Notes under the pieces: model-generated
Databases searched by the model: none
The model's input: the letters and a program-made list of their open reading frames with translations, nothing else
What the model was told of the DNA's origin: nothing
From: Sphingobacteriales bacterium
Lineage (GTDB): Bacteria; Bacteroidota; Bacteroidia; Chitinophagales; Chitinophagaceae
Assembly (NCBI GenBank): GCA_050256755.1
Contig: JBLMVP010000245.1
Span: 1-35,012, forward strand
Length of the DNA stretch: 35,012 nt
Direction of reading: 5' to 3'
Made by a program: the position numbers and the translations under genes
Shown here: positions 26,002 through 34,389 of the stretch, in pieces
How the letters are laid out: each line of letters opens with the position of its first letter
Position numbering within the stretch: the first letter of the stretch is position 1

Positions 26002-26778
26002 ATGAATCTCGAAATAATTAACCAGCTTTTTATTGTTGGCGGTGCTACTTCCGGTTTTGGCAAAGCGGTAACAGAAGCATTATTAAATGAAGGTGCAAAT
26101 ATTATTGCTGTTGCCCGTACAGAAGAAAAATTACACGCATTACAAACAACCCACCCGTACAAAGTAGAAATTGTGAGCGGTGACTTGACACAAAGTGATA
26201 CCATCAAAAAATTAAAAGATGTAATTGGTGGAAGACAAATACATGGCGCATTAATTAATGCAGGCGGTCCGCCAGCTATGACAGTGATGGAAACAAAATT
26301 AGAAGACTGGGACAATGCCTATAAAAATGTAATGCGCTGGAAAATTGAATTAACACAGGCCCTTATTCCTTCCATGGTTGAAAATAAATATGGCAGGCTG
26401 CTTTATATAGAAAGTGCTTCCGTAAAACAACCAATGGAAAACTTAGTATTGAGCAATTCCATGCGTTTAGCTGTAGTAGGATTTGTGAAAACACTAAGCC
26501 AGGAAATTGCACATGAAGGAATAACTTTAAATGTTCTGGCGCCGGGTTATCATGCCACATCTGCTATGGACAGATTATTCAAAAAGAAAAACGAACAAAC
26601 AGGCATGACGATAGACGATGCCATGCTTCAATACATCAGCCAGACAAGAGTTGGCTTTTTAGGAGCAGCAGAAGATTTTGCCTCACTCGCTGTTTGGTTA
26701 CTCAGTCCGCACAGCCGTTATTTAACAGGACAAACGATAAGTGTTGATGGTGGTATGATTAAAGGAACAATGGGGTAG
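26002..26778 (+). CDS. SDR-family (short-chain dehydrogenase/reductase) oxidoreductase
   Basis: Rossmann motif VGGATSGFGKA, NAGG motif, ~258 aa. The canonical YxxxK is not obvious (VLSNSMRLAVVGFVK), so this may be a divergent SDR. Confidence 0.8.
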   Translation: MNLEIINQLFIVGGATSGFGKAVTEALLNEGANIIAVARTEEKLHALQTTHPYKVEIVSGDLTQSDTIKKLKDVIGGRQIHGALINAGGPPAMTVMETKLEDWDNAYKNVMRWKIELTQALIPSMVENKYGRLLYIESASVKQPMENLVLSNSMRLAVVGFVKTLSQEIAHEGITLNVLAPGYHATSAMDRLFKKKNEQTGMTIDDAMLQYISQTRVGFLGAAEDFASLAVWLLSPHSRYLTGQTISVDGGMIKGTMG

Positions 26779-26790
26779 CCTGATTAAAAA

Positions 26791-26820
26791 ATCCCGCTTA
26801 ACGGCGGGATTATCTTTGTT
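26791..26820 (+). terminator. Putative intrinsic terminator after the SDR gene
   Basis: ATCCCGC-TTAACG-GCGGGAT hairpin followed by TATCTTTGTT. Confidence 0.5.
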
Positions 26821-26887
26821 AATTAGAGTACCGAACGATAAAGTGATTGCGACGCAACCAGCGATGCTACCTGCAACACAGCTGGTA

Positions 26888-27862
26888 TTACCAGCCTAAT
26901 ACATAAGCAAAAATTAACGGCACTACAATTGTAGCATCACTTTCCACAATAAACTTAGGTGTATGAATATCTAATTTACCCCAGGTAATTTTTTCGTTTG
27001 GTACTGCGCCGGAATAAGATCCATAAGAAGTAGTACTGTCACTTACCTGGCAGAAATAACTCCAGAAAGGAACATCATGCCATTCCAAATCCTGGTACAT
27101 CATGGGCACTACACAAATTGGAAAATCTCCTGCAATACCACCACCAACCTGGAAAAAACCAACTCCTTTGCCTGATGAATTGTTACGGTACCAATCAGCT
27201 AACCACACCATATATTCAATTCCATTCTTTACCGTGCTTGCCTTTAACTCGCCTTTAATGACATAGCTGGCAAAAATATTTCCGGTAGTGCTGTCTTCCC
27301 AACCAGGAACAACAATAGGAATATTTTTTTCTGCGGCTGCAATTATCCAGCTATCTTTTGGATCAATTTCATAATACTGTTTCAATTCACCACTTAAAAC
27401 AGTTTTATATAAAAATTCGTGCGGAAAATATCTGTCACCTTTTGCTTCTGCTTCTTTCCATTGTTTTACCAAATGTTTTTGCAGGCGGCGGAAAGCTTCT
27501 TCTTCCGGAATACAGGTATCTGTTACACGATTGTAATGATTCTCCAGTAAATCCCATTCTTCCTGCGGTGTTAAATCGCGATAGTTGGGAATACGTTTGT
27601 AATGACTGTGTGCAACAAGGTTCATAACATCTTCTTCCAAATTTGCGCCGGTACAACTGATGATATCAACTTTTCCCTGGCGAATCATTTCTGCCAATGA
27701 AATACCTAACTCGCCGGTACTCATGGCACCTGCCAGTGTAATCATCATCTTGCCACCTTCCAGTAAATGTTGTTCATAACCTTTGGCAGCATCCACCAAA
27801 GCAGCTGCATTAAAATGACGGTAATGATGCTGAATAAATTGTGAAATCGGTCCTTTGTTCAT
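26888..27862 (-). CDS. Deoxyhypusine synthase-like family protein (bacterial DHS/homospermidine-synthase-like)
   Basis: About 324 aa with a DHS-like pattern: TLAGAMSTGELG, ISCTGANLEEDV, GGGIAGDFP, and NEKITWGK near the C-terminus. Confidence 0.75.
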   Translation of the reverse strand: MNKGPISQFIQHHYRHFNAAALVDAAKGYEQHLLEGGKMMITLAGAMSTGELGISLAEMIRQGKVDIISCTGANLEEDVMNLVAHSHYKRIPNYRDLTPQEEWDLLENHYNRVTDTCIPEEEAFRRLQKHLVKQWKEAEAKGDRYFPHEFLYKTVLSGELKQYYEIDPKDSWIIAAAEKNIPIVVPGWEDSTTGNIFASYVIKGELKASTVKNGIEYMVWLADWYRNNSSGKGVGFFQVGGGIAGDFPICVVPMMYQDLEWHDVPFWSYFCQVSDSTTSYGSYSGAVPNEKITWGKLDIHTPKFIVESDATIVVPLIFAYVLGW

Positions 27863-27962
27863 TTTATTAATTTTTAAAGAACCGCCTTCAGATCATCCCG
27901 CTAAGGCGGGATGAGACATTGCGGCTGTTTTGCCTCTTTATCATCCAGGCAAAAAAGAGCGG

Positions 27963-27970
27963 CAAAAGTA
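27963..27970 (-). promoter_or_regulatory. Bacteroidota -7 promoter box (TACTTTTG) for the DHS-like gene
   Basis: Exact TAnnTTTG match on the minus strand, ~100 nt upstream of ATG 27862. This implies an unusually long structured leader. Confidence 0.35.
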
Positions 27971-28016
27971 GCCATTTTTATTTTTCGGTGCTTGAAGTTC
28001 CAAAGAAGAGTTTGGT

Positions 28017-28056
28017 GACAAAAAAAAGAAAGCCCCGATATAGACATACCGGGACT
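28017..28056 (-). terminator. Intrinsic terminator of the M3 oligoendopeptidase gene
   Basis: On the minus strand AGTCCCGGTAT-GTCT-ATATCGGGGCT forms an 11-bp stem with two G:U pairs, followed by TTCTTTTTTTTG. Confidence 0.75.
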
Positions 28057-28081
28057 TTTGGTTAAGGCTCTGATTAGTATT

Positions 28082-29800
28082 TTAAAGTTCTTCCATCCGC
28101 TGATGTACAAACTCCATTAACGATTTTATGTAGGCTGGTGAAAAATCAAATTTCAATCCTGCTGTTTCAAACAACTGCACCAGTGTTTTTGTTCCACCCA
28201 AACTTAACGCATTTATATAATTTGTCAAAGCTTTTTCTTTGTTCTCCATGAATTGTTTCCACATTCCTATGGCACCTAATTGGGCAATGCCATATTCAAT
28301 ATAATAGAATGGGACTTCAAACAAATGCAATTGTTTTTGCCATGTAATTGCACGGTAAGTTTCCAGGCCGGAATAATCAACTGCCCCGGAAGAAAATTCA
28401 GTAAGTATTTCTACCCACTTAGTTGTTCTTTCTTCTTCTGTATGTTTTGGATTGGCATATAACCAATGCTGAAATTTATCAATCGTGGCAATCCAGGGAA
28501 AAATAGTTATCACTCTCTCCAGCTGATGCTCTTTGGCCCTTTGCAAATCTTCCTTGCTATCAAAAAAAGTACTCCAGTAAGGCATGCTGAATAATTCCAT
28601 GCTCATGCTTGCCACTTCAGCAATTTCCATTGGATAATCTTTAAAAGCATTTAATTCCAATGTATGTGTAAGAAAAGAATGTACTGCATGGCCGCCTTCA
28701 TGAACCATCGTAGTTACATCATCCATTTGCCCGGCAGCATTCATAAAAATAAATGGTGCGCCACTTTCTGCCAATGGACAATTATATCCACCCGGAGCTT
28801 TTCCTTTCCTGCTTTCCAAATCGAGGTGACCCATTTTATCCATTTTGTTTATACAGTCACCAAAGAAAGGATTGAGTTGATTGAAACAGCTGATGGTTTT
28901 CGTCAGCAATTCTTTGCCGCTTACAAAGGGATTTAATGGTTTTTCTCCTGCCGGATGAGCCTCAATATCCCATGGACGTAAGGTATCTACACCCAGTTTC
29001 GTTTTTTTGTTTTCATAAATCTTATTCACCAATGGCAATACATATTCTTTTACCGCTTCGTGAAACTGGAAACACTCTTTTTCGGTGTAATCAAATCTTC
29101 CCAATTCTTTGAAGCGATAAGCAGTGTATGAAGGTAGATCGGCATTAACTGCTAATTGGTTTCTTTTATCAATCAACTTATCAAATAATTCATTCATTGC
29201 CTCTTTATCCTGCAATCTTCTTTCAAAAATTTTACGGTATACTTCTTCACGAAGTTTGCGGTCTTCATTTTCTAAAAATTTAGAAGCCTGCTGTAAAGTA
29301 TATTCCTGCCCATTTACTGTAACCGTCATTTTACCGGCGATAGTTCCAAAATGCTGTTGCAATACTGCTAATTCAGATTGTAACGGAATATTTTTTTCCC
29401 TGAAAAGTTCAATATTCTTTTTTACACTGCGTAAGTATGTGTGATATTTTTCCTGGTTTAATTGAGCAGTAAATGGAGAATCCACCAGCTTCCTGTTAAG
29501 CTTATCAGCATAAGGCTGCATTTTTGGCAAAATCTCGGTATAAAAAAAGTTGAAGGATTCTTCCAGTTGTTTATTCTCTGTATCGCAGGTCATTTTTATT
29601 TGCCGCCAGCAGGCATCTTCATTGGCAATGGCATCCGTTTCATTCACATCTTTCAGCCATTGTTCTAATTCAGCAACAGAATTTATATGTCGTTCCAGCA
29701 GTTCTTGAAAATATGGTTCTAATGCTTCCCATGTAGTGATTACAAAATCTTTGGGAAAATAATGACGTTCTATTTTTTTTATGTCGGCTGAATAACTCAT
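28082..29800 (-). CDS. M3-family oligoendopeptidase (PepF-like zinc metallopeptidase)
   Basis: Zinc motif HEGGHAVH plus a downstream E (EIAEVASM), ~570 aa. The track start (29854) adds 18 residues that span a GC hairpin, so ATG 29800 (MSYSADIKK...) is preferred. Confidence 0.85.
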   Translation of the reverse strand: MSYSADIKKIERHYFPKDFVITTWEALEPYFQELLERHINSVAELEQWLKDVNETDAIANEDACWRQIKMTCDTENKQLEESFNFFYTEILPKMQPYADKLNRKLVDSPFTAQLNQEKYHTYLRSVKKNIELFREKNIPLQSELAVLQQHFGTIAGKMTVTVNGQEYTLQQASKFLENEDRKLREEVYRKIFERRLQDKEAMNELFDKLIDKRNQLAVNADLPSYTAYRFKELGRFDYTEKECFQFHEAVKEYVLPLVNKIYENKKTKLGVDTLRPWDIEAHPAGEKPLNPFVSGKELLTKTISCFNQLNPFFGDCINKMDKMGHLDLESRKGKAPGGYNCPLAESGAPFIFMNAAGQMDDVTTMVHEGGHAVHSFLTHTLELNAFKDYPMEIAEVASMSMELFSMPYWSTFFDSKEDLQRAKEHQLERVITIFPWIATIDKFQHWLYANPKHTEEERTTKWVEILTEFSSGAVDYSGLETYRAITWQKQLHLFEVPFYYIEYGIAQLGAIGMWKQFMENKEKALTNYINALSLGGTKTLVQLFETAGLKFDFSPAYIKSLMEFVHQRMEEL

Positions 29801-29889
29801 ATACCATAATCCATCCGCCGGTGGGCGGATTTTTTTAATAATTAATAGTTTCAAGAAGATTAAAACGTCCCTTTATGAGTTGGGGGTTC

Positions 29890-30417
29890 TTATTCTGATT
29901 TCTTTTTCCTTGTGGTTTTTTTAGGGGGTTCTTCTCCACTTGCTTCAGTTGTTGCTTTTTTCTTTGTGGTCTTCTTTGGTTTTTCTTCTGCTACTATTTC
30001 TTCAACAGGTTCTGCCTCATTTTCTTCAGGTACTTCACTTAATTTTATTTCAACGTTATTCGTCTTTAAAACGGTGTACCATTTAACCATCTTTTTCATA
30101 TCGCTGCTATACACCCTGTCAAAATCCAAATCAGGAAATACTTTTTCAAAGTATTTTTTTAATGCCCCATTGTCTTTGCCATCTGGTAAAGCCTCGCTGC
30201 TTTTTTCCATGGCAGTATAAATATCCACCAGGTTCACATTATCCCGCACGGTAAATATTTCAATACTTTCCAGGTGAGAAAAATTGTGTACCCTGCTGCT
30301 TACAAATTTGGTGCTTTTGTCATCTAATGACCTCACAATAGCCCCATCGCCTTTGCTGCTCACTAATTCATATAAACCGGGCATTCCGGTTACTGCAATA
30401 ATTTTGTTGTATTCCAT
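29890..30417 (-). CDS. DUF5606-like protein with Lys-rich (histone-H1-like) C-terminal tail
   Basis: The N-terminal IIAVTGMPGLYELVSSKGDGAIVRSLDD...SHLESIEIFT pattern matches what I recall for the Bacteroidota DUF5606 family. The tail is KPKKTTKKKATTE...PPKKTTRKKKSE. Confidence 0.65.
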   Translation of the reverse strand: MEYNKIIAVTGMPGLYELVSSKGDGAIVRSLDDKSTKFVSSRVHNFSHLESIEIFTVRDNVNLVDIYTAMEKSSEALPDGKDNGALKKYFEKVFPDLDFDRVYSSDMKKMVKWYTVLKTNNVEIKLSEVPEENEAEPVEEIVAEEKPKKTTKKKATTEASGEEPPKKTTRKKKSE

Positions 30418-30487
30418 GGTTCACTTTTCGTTTAAGGGATGCAATTTAATGCTAAAATGGGAATTGGGTGGATTTGTTGTAACTGTA

Positions 30488-30520
30488 AATAAAAAAACCG
30501 CTGCAGAAGCTGTAACGGTT
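30488..30520 (-). terminator. Intrinsic terminator of the RnfD-like/DUF2330 operon
   Basis: On the minus strand AACCGTTACAG-CTT-CTGCAGCGGTT forms an 11-bp stem with one mismatch and one G:U, followed by TTTTTTTATTT. Confidence 0.65.
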
Positions 30521-30540
30521 TATGGTACGGCGGTTTACCT

Positions 30541-32028
30541 TTATGAACGACCATATTTCCAAAACAAACCAATACCTGCCATGGAAATCAATGAAAAGGC
30601 TATAATGGTTTTGGCTGATTCATCGGTGCCGTACATGGAATTGTGTAATTGCAGGGCAATGTATCTATAGGAGGTATCAACCGGAACGACGCTGTTTCGT
30701 TTTTCCATCAATTCATTTACTGCTATTTCATCATCCCAGTCTTCATAACCTTTGCCGGTTAAATAGGCCAGCATTTCCATTTCTTTTTTACGGCGTTCTT
30801 TTAATTCTTTTAAATATTTTTTTCCCTCTGTACAACTAAAGTCGCCTTGTGCAGGGTGGGTAATAATATATCTTGCCTGGTAATTTTCTGTGTTAGGTGT
30901 AGTTTGAAATTGTAAATCCTGCGGAAATGAACTCCTGTTATAACGTATATGCAAACGGGTGAAATAAACTTTATCGGAATAATCGTCTTCTTCATAAACG
31001 TCGTTATAATTTTTCCAGTCCCTGTTAATCCACCACACACCTGCCTGCACTAAATCCTGTGTTGAAGGTGCTGTAGCCACACAGGGATCACATTTTACAT
31101 AATTAGAAGGGCTTACATCCCAGGCGTATTCAAGCATAGCAATTGATTTGCCTTCTTTATTCCATTGATGATTAAACAGGTTGCTGTAAAAACTGCCAAA
31201 ATTATTTTGTACAAAGAGCGGAATATTTTTTCCTGTAGGTAAAGAAACGGTTCTGTAATTGGTGCATTCAATTCTTCCATTCCTGGTAAAACCATATACA
31301 ATCATATCCTGGTCACCATCTGCATTAGCCATTCCCAAACGAATAGGCAACATGAACTTGGGTGAAGTAAAACTGATTTGTAATGGGCGAAGAAAATTGC
31401 CGGCAACTTTTTTCATTTCTTCTTCATTTACTTTCACCACAAAAAATTTAAGATTGCTTTTGATATAAGGCTCCAGTACTTCATTGGCACCGGGAGGAAT
31501 TTTATATCCATTTTCATCCAGCCATGTTTTTAATCCTGATGATTCTTTAGCACTGAGAATTAAAATATCATATTCGCCAATGAGATATTTTGCTTCAATT
31601 GTTACTCCCCAATCCTTACGGTTACTATAGCCTCTTACTACCACATCATTTAAAGCAATTCCCGGAGCCTTTCCGCTTAGAGCCTTTTCAAATTCATATC
31701 TGTTGCATGGATTCTGATCATAATATTCTACTAACCTTGGTTTACTGTATTCATTCAATGTATTAAATATGCTTTGTTCAACTACTTTTATATCACTCTT
31801 CTTTAATACAACCGGTACAGGAACTACCATGGCGAAATCTTTTATGTTGCCTTTGTAGTCGTTGTACATGGTAATTACATTCCGGTTTCCATCTCTGACG
31901 ATAATTACCTGAGAAGTTTTGTTTTTTAGTGTGCCATCGGCTTTACTTACATAAAACCCGCAGAACGAAAACACATCGTTGTTAATAAACAACAGTGTTA
32001 ATAATCCAACAGTCATTTTCTTTTTCAT
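30541..32028 (-). CDS. DUF2330-like exported protein with C-terminal membrane anchor
   Basis: The signal peptide MKKKMTVGLLTLLFINNDVFS is followed directly by FCGFYV. The motif AMVVPVPVV and a C-terminal helix IIAFSLISMAGIGLFW + KYGRS are present. ATG 32028 is preferred over the track start at 32091, which overlaps the upstream gene. Confidence 0.6.
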   Translation of the reverse strand: MKKKMTVGLLTLLFINNDVFSFCGFYVSKADGTLKNKTSQVIIVRDGNRNVITMYNDYKGNIKDFAMVVPVPVVLKKSDIKVVEQSIFNTLNEYSKPRLVEYYDQNPCNRYEFEKALSGKAPGIALNDVVVRGYSNRKDWGVTIEAKYLIGEYDILILSAKESSGLKTWLDENGYKIPPGANEVLEPYIKSNLKFFVVKVNEEEMKKVAGNFLRPLQISFTSPKFMLPIRLGMANADGDQDMIVYGFTRNGRIECTNYRTVSLPTGKNIPLFVQNNFGSFYSNLFNHQWNKEGKSIAMLEYAWDVSPSNYVKCDPCVATAPSTQDLVQAGVWWINRDWKNYNDVYEEDDYSDKVYFTRLHIRYNRSSFPQDLQFQTTPNTENYQARYIITHPAQGDFSCTEGKKYLKELKERRKKEMEMLAYLTGKGYEDWDDEIAVNELMEKRNSVVPVDTSYRYIALQLHNSMYGTDESAKTIIAFSLISMAGIGLFWKYGRS

Positions 32029-32032
32029 GGTA

Positions 32033-32872
32033 CTATACATTTTGATGAATAATATTTTTTTGTTGATTAAATGAAGTGCTGTTCCATTCAAATTTTTTAT
32101 AATTGAAAACCTTATCCAGTAACGGAACCAATGGAGCTGCTAACACAAGAACAAGTATTGGTGTATTGTACATCCATTTAAAGGCGGAGAGATAAAAGGC
32201 AATAGCTGCTATCAATATCGCCCAGATAATTCTGGCTACAGGATGATTGGGGGCAGTTTTAGGATCGCTAATCATAAAAAAAGAAAACAACAAAAGGCTT
32301 CCAGTTGTAACTGATTGAACAAAGAAATCAATTGGCCAGTGCAGGTATAAAATTTGTCTTACAAACAACAGGCCGACAAAAGTTAAAAGAAAAGCTAATG
32401 ATATATCCAGCTTCTGAACCTTTGTAACCACAATAAAACCCAAAGCAGAAACACCCAGTAATAAAATCAATCCGCTTCCCCACTGACCGGTAGAAAGCCA
32501 TGCATCTTCAGTTAAATAAATTGTGGCAACAAGACCAAATGCAGAAGGATTAAATAAATGTTTGCCTTTGAAACGGAAAATATATTTTGAAATAATAGTT
32601 AAGGCTGATGCGATTAAACAGATATACCAGTCATTCGTTTTTAGCAACAAACAAAGACTAAGAGAACTGATTAAGGCACTTTTCCAGCTATCATATTTTT
32701 TGCTGGTAAAATATTCTATTGCCAGTTGAATGAGCAATGCGGAACTGGTGTATAAAAAATAAGTAAGCCATTCAGCATTCCAGTGCAAATACATCAGGCC
32801 ATAAGACAATAAGAGTAACTGGAAGCCTATTTGGAAATAACGGGCATCCCAACGGGTGGTTGGCTGGGCCAT
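32033..32872 (-). CDS. Stand-alone RnfD/NqrB-family-like polytopic membrane protein (short form)
   Basis: About 8 TM helices. KHLFNPSAFG and FSFFMISDPKTAP resemble the NPFNPAxxG and FFxxTDPVT hallmarks of RnfD/NqrB. There are no other Rnf or Nqr subunits nearby. Confidence 0.6.
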   Translation of the reverse strand: MAQPTTRWDARYFQIGFQLLLLSYGLMYLHWNAEWLTYFLYTSSALLIQLAIEYFTSKKYDSWKSALISSLSLCLLLKTNDWYICLIASALTIISKYIFRFKGKHLFNPSAFGLVATIYLTEDAWLSTGQWGSGLILLLGVSALGFIVVTKVQKLDISLAFLLTFVGLLFVRQILYLHWPIDFFVQSVTTGSLLLFSFFMISDPKTAPNHPVARIIWAILIAAIAFYLSAFKWMYNTPILVLVLAAPLVPLLDKVFNYKKFEWNSTSFNQQKNIIHQNV

Positions 32873-32968
32873 AACTTGATTATTTGCTTATAAGATGAGG
32901 AGTATAAAAAAATTACATAACTAACACAAAATCTTTTTTCGAATTGGATGAGTGGTTTCTGTAAAGAT

Positions 32969-32976
32969 TAATTTTG
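32969..32976 (+). promoter_or_regulatory. Bacteroidota -7 promoter box (TAATTTTG)
   Basis: Exact TAnnTTTG match, 30 nt upstream of ATG 33007. It contains the TTG that the ORF track used as a start (32974), which argues for the 33007 start. Confidence 0.4.
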
Positions 32977-33006
32977 GACTACCTTTTATCTATAAAATCA
33001 ACTAGT

Positions 33007-33534
33007 ATGAAGAAATATTTATTATTTTCTTTTTTTATTACACTAGTTGTATCTGTAAAATCACAGCAAAATAAAATCCCCTGCAGCAACCCTGTTTATC
33101 GGCAATTTGATTTCTGGCTGGGGGAATGGGAAGCTTTTGGTACCAAAGGTAATAAGGCCGGTGACAGCAAAATAAGTGTAATACTTGACAGTTGCATAAT
33201 ATTGGAAGAATGGACAAGTGCTTCTGTGCAGCAGGGATTACGCTATGCAGGCAAAAGTTTTAATACCTACAATATGGCCACTAAACAATGGCAGCAAACC
33301 TGGGTAGACAATGCCGCCGGAACTACTGAATTTTTGCGTGGAGAGAGCAGCGAGGGGAAAATAATTTTATACGCAGATAAGGTACCGGGTGGGCCCAATG
33401 GAAAAATTTATATGCGGCGACTGACATTTACAAAACTGAGTGATGATAAAGTAAGACAGTTTGGCGAAAGAAGTGATGACGAAGGGAAAACCTGCACGAC
33501 AGAATACGATTTGGAATACAGGAGGAAGAAATGA
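33007..33534 (+). CDS. Secreted hypothetical protein
   Basis: Signal peptide MKKYLLFSFFITLVVSVKSQQ and a conserved-looking FDFWLGEWEAFG motif. No family is confidently recognised. Confidence 0.6.
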   Translation: MKKYLLFSFFITLVVSVKSQQNKIPCSNPVYRQFDFWLGEWEAFGTKGNKAGDSKISVILDSCIILEEWTSASVQQGLRYAGKSFNTYNMATKQWQQTWVDNAAGTTEFLRGESSEGKIILYADKVPGGPNGKIYMRRLTFTKLSDDKVRQFGERSDDEGKTCTTEYDLEYRRKK

Positions 33535-33565
33535 ATTAATTTATATTTAACCAAAACCAAGCGAC

Positions 33566-33955
33566 ATGACAAATGCAATCAGCTGGTTTGAAATACCGGC
33601 AACCGATTTAGGAAGGGCAACCAAATTTTATGAAACTATTTTAGGAGTCACATTAAATCCGCTTGATTTACCCAATATAAAAATGCGGATGTTTCCGCTG
33701 GATGATATGATGACGGGTGTGGGTGGAGCTATAGTTGACAGTGGTGGTTTTCATATACCATCAGCAACAGATGGGCCTTTGATTTATCTCAATGGCAATC
33801 CTGATGTGCAAAATGTATTAGATAAGGTGGAAGCCGCAGGTGGAAAAATCATGGTTCCAAAAACAGAAATATCTCCTGAGTACGGGTATATGGCGGTAAT
33901 TATTGATACCGAGGGAAACAGGATTGCTTTCCATAGTGTTCCATTTTCTATATAG
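33566..33955 (+). CDS. VOC-family (glyoxalase/bleomycin-resistance fold) protein
   Basis: ISWFEIPATDLGRATKFYETILG at the N-terminus and GYMAVIIDTEGNRIAFHS at the C-terminus, ~129 aa. Confidence 0.8.
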   Translation: MTNAISWFEIPATDLGRATKFYETILGVTLNPLDLPNIKMRMFPLDDMMTGVGGAIVDSGGFHIPSATDGPLIYLNGNPDVQNVLDKVEAAGGKIMVPKTEISPEYGYMAVIIDTEGNRIAFHSVPFSI

Positions 33956-33978
33956 TTTTATTTAAGTAAATTTAATTT

Positions 33979-34015
33979 AGAGATACTTACATCATAAGTA
34001 TCTCTTTATTTATTT
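33979..34015 (+). terminator. Intrinsic terminator after the VOC gene
   Basis: Perfect 11-bp stem AGAGATACTTA-CATCA-TAAGTATCTCT followed by TTATTTATTT. Confidence 0.8.
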
Positions 34016-34029
34016 AAAAAAATCCTGCC

Positions 34030-34389
34030 ATGGCTTACAACGAAAAAATAGCCGACCGCACCAGGGAAATCATTGCTGAAACACATAAAAATGTAGAGGA
34101 GAAAGCAATGTTTGGCGGTTTGTGTTTTATGGTAAACAATAAAATGTGCGTTGGAGTGGAAAAGGAAAGATTAATGGTAAGACTTGACCCCGCAAAGTTT
34201 GACGAAGTAATACAAAGGGAAGGCTGCAAGCCAATGGACTTTACCGGAAAAGTTATGAAGGGTTTTGTGTTTGTAGATACCGATGTATTAAATACCAAAA
34301 AGAAATTAGAATACTGGATTAAGCTTGCATTAGAGTTTAATAAAATTGCCAAACCATCCAAAAAGAAATCGGCAGCAAAGAAGAAATGA
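34030..34389 (+). CDS. TfoX/Sxy N-terminal-domain family protein with Lys-rich tail
   Basis: The EKAMFGGLCFMVNNKMCVGV...RLMVRL pattern of TfoX_N. 119 aa with no TfoX C-terminal domain. Confidence 0.75.
   Translation: MAYNEKIADRTREIIAETHKNVEEKAMFGGLCFMVNNKMCVGVEKERLMVRLDPAKFDEVIQREGCKPMDFTGKVMKGFVFVDTDVLNTKKKLEYWIKLALEFNKIAKPSKKKSAAKKK

Noticed and set aside
27901-28110. 69-aa minus-strand ORF between the peptidase and DHS-like genes
   Set aside because: It spans the peptidase terminator (28017-28056) and the predicted DHS promoter box, and it overlaps the peptidase stop. This is regulatory DNA, not coding.
34030-34389. TfoX/Sxy competence regulator
   Set aside because: Only the N-terminal domain is present (119 aa) and no competence genes are nearby. 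It is called simply a TfoX_N-family protein.
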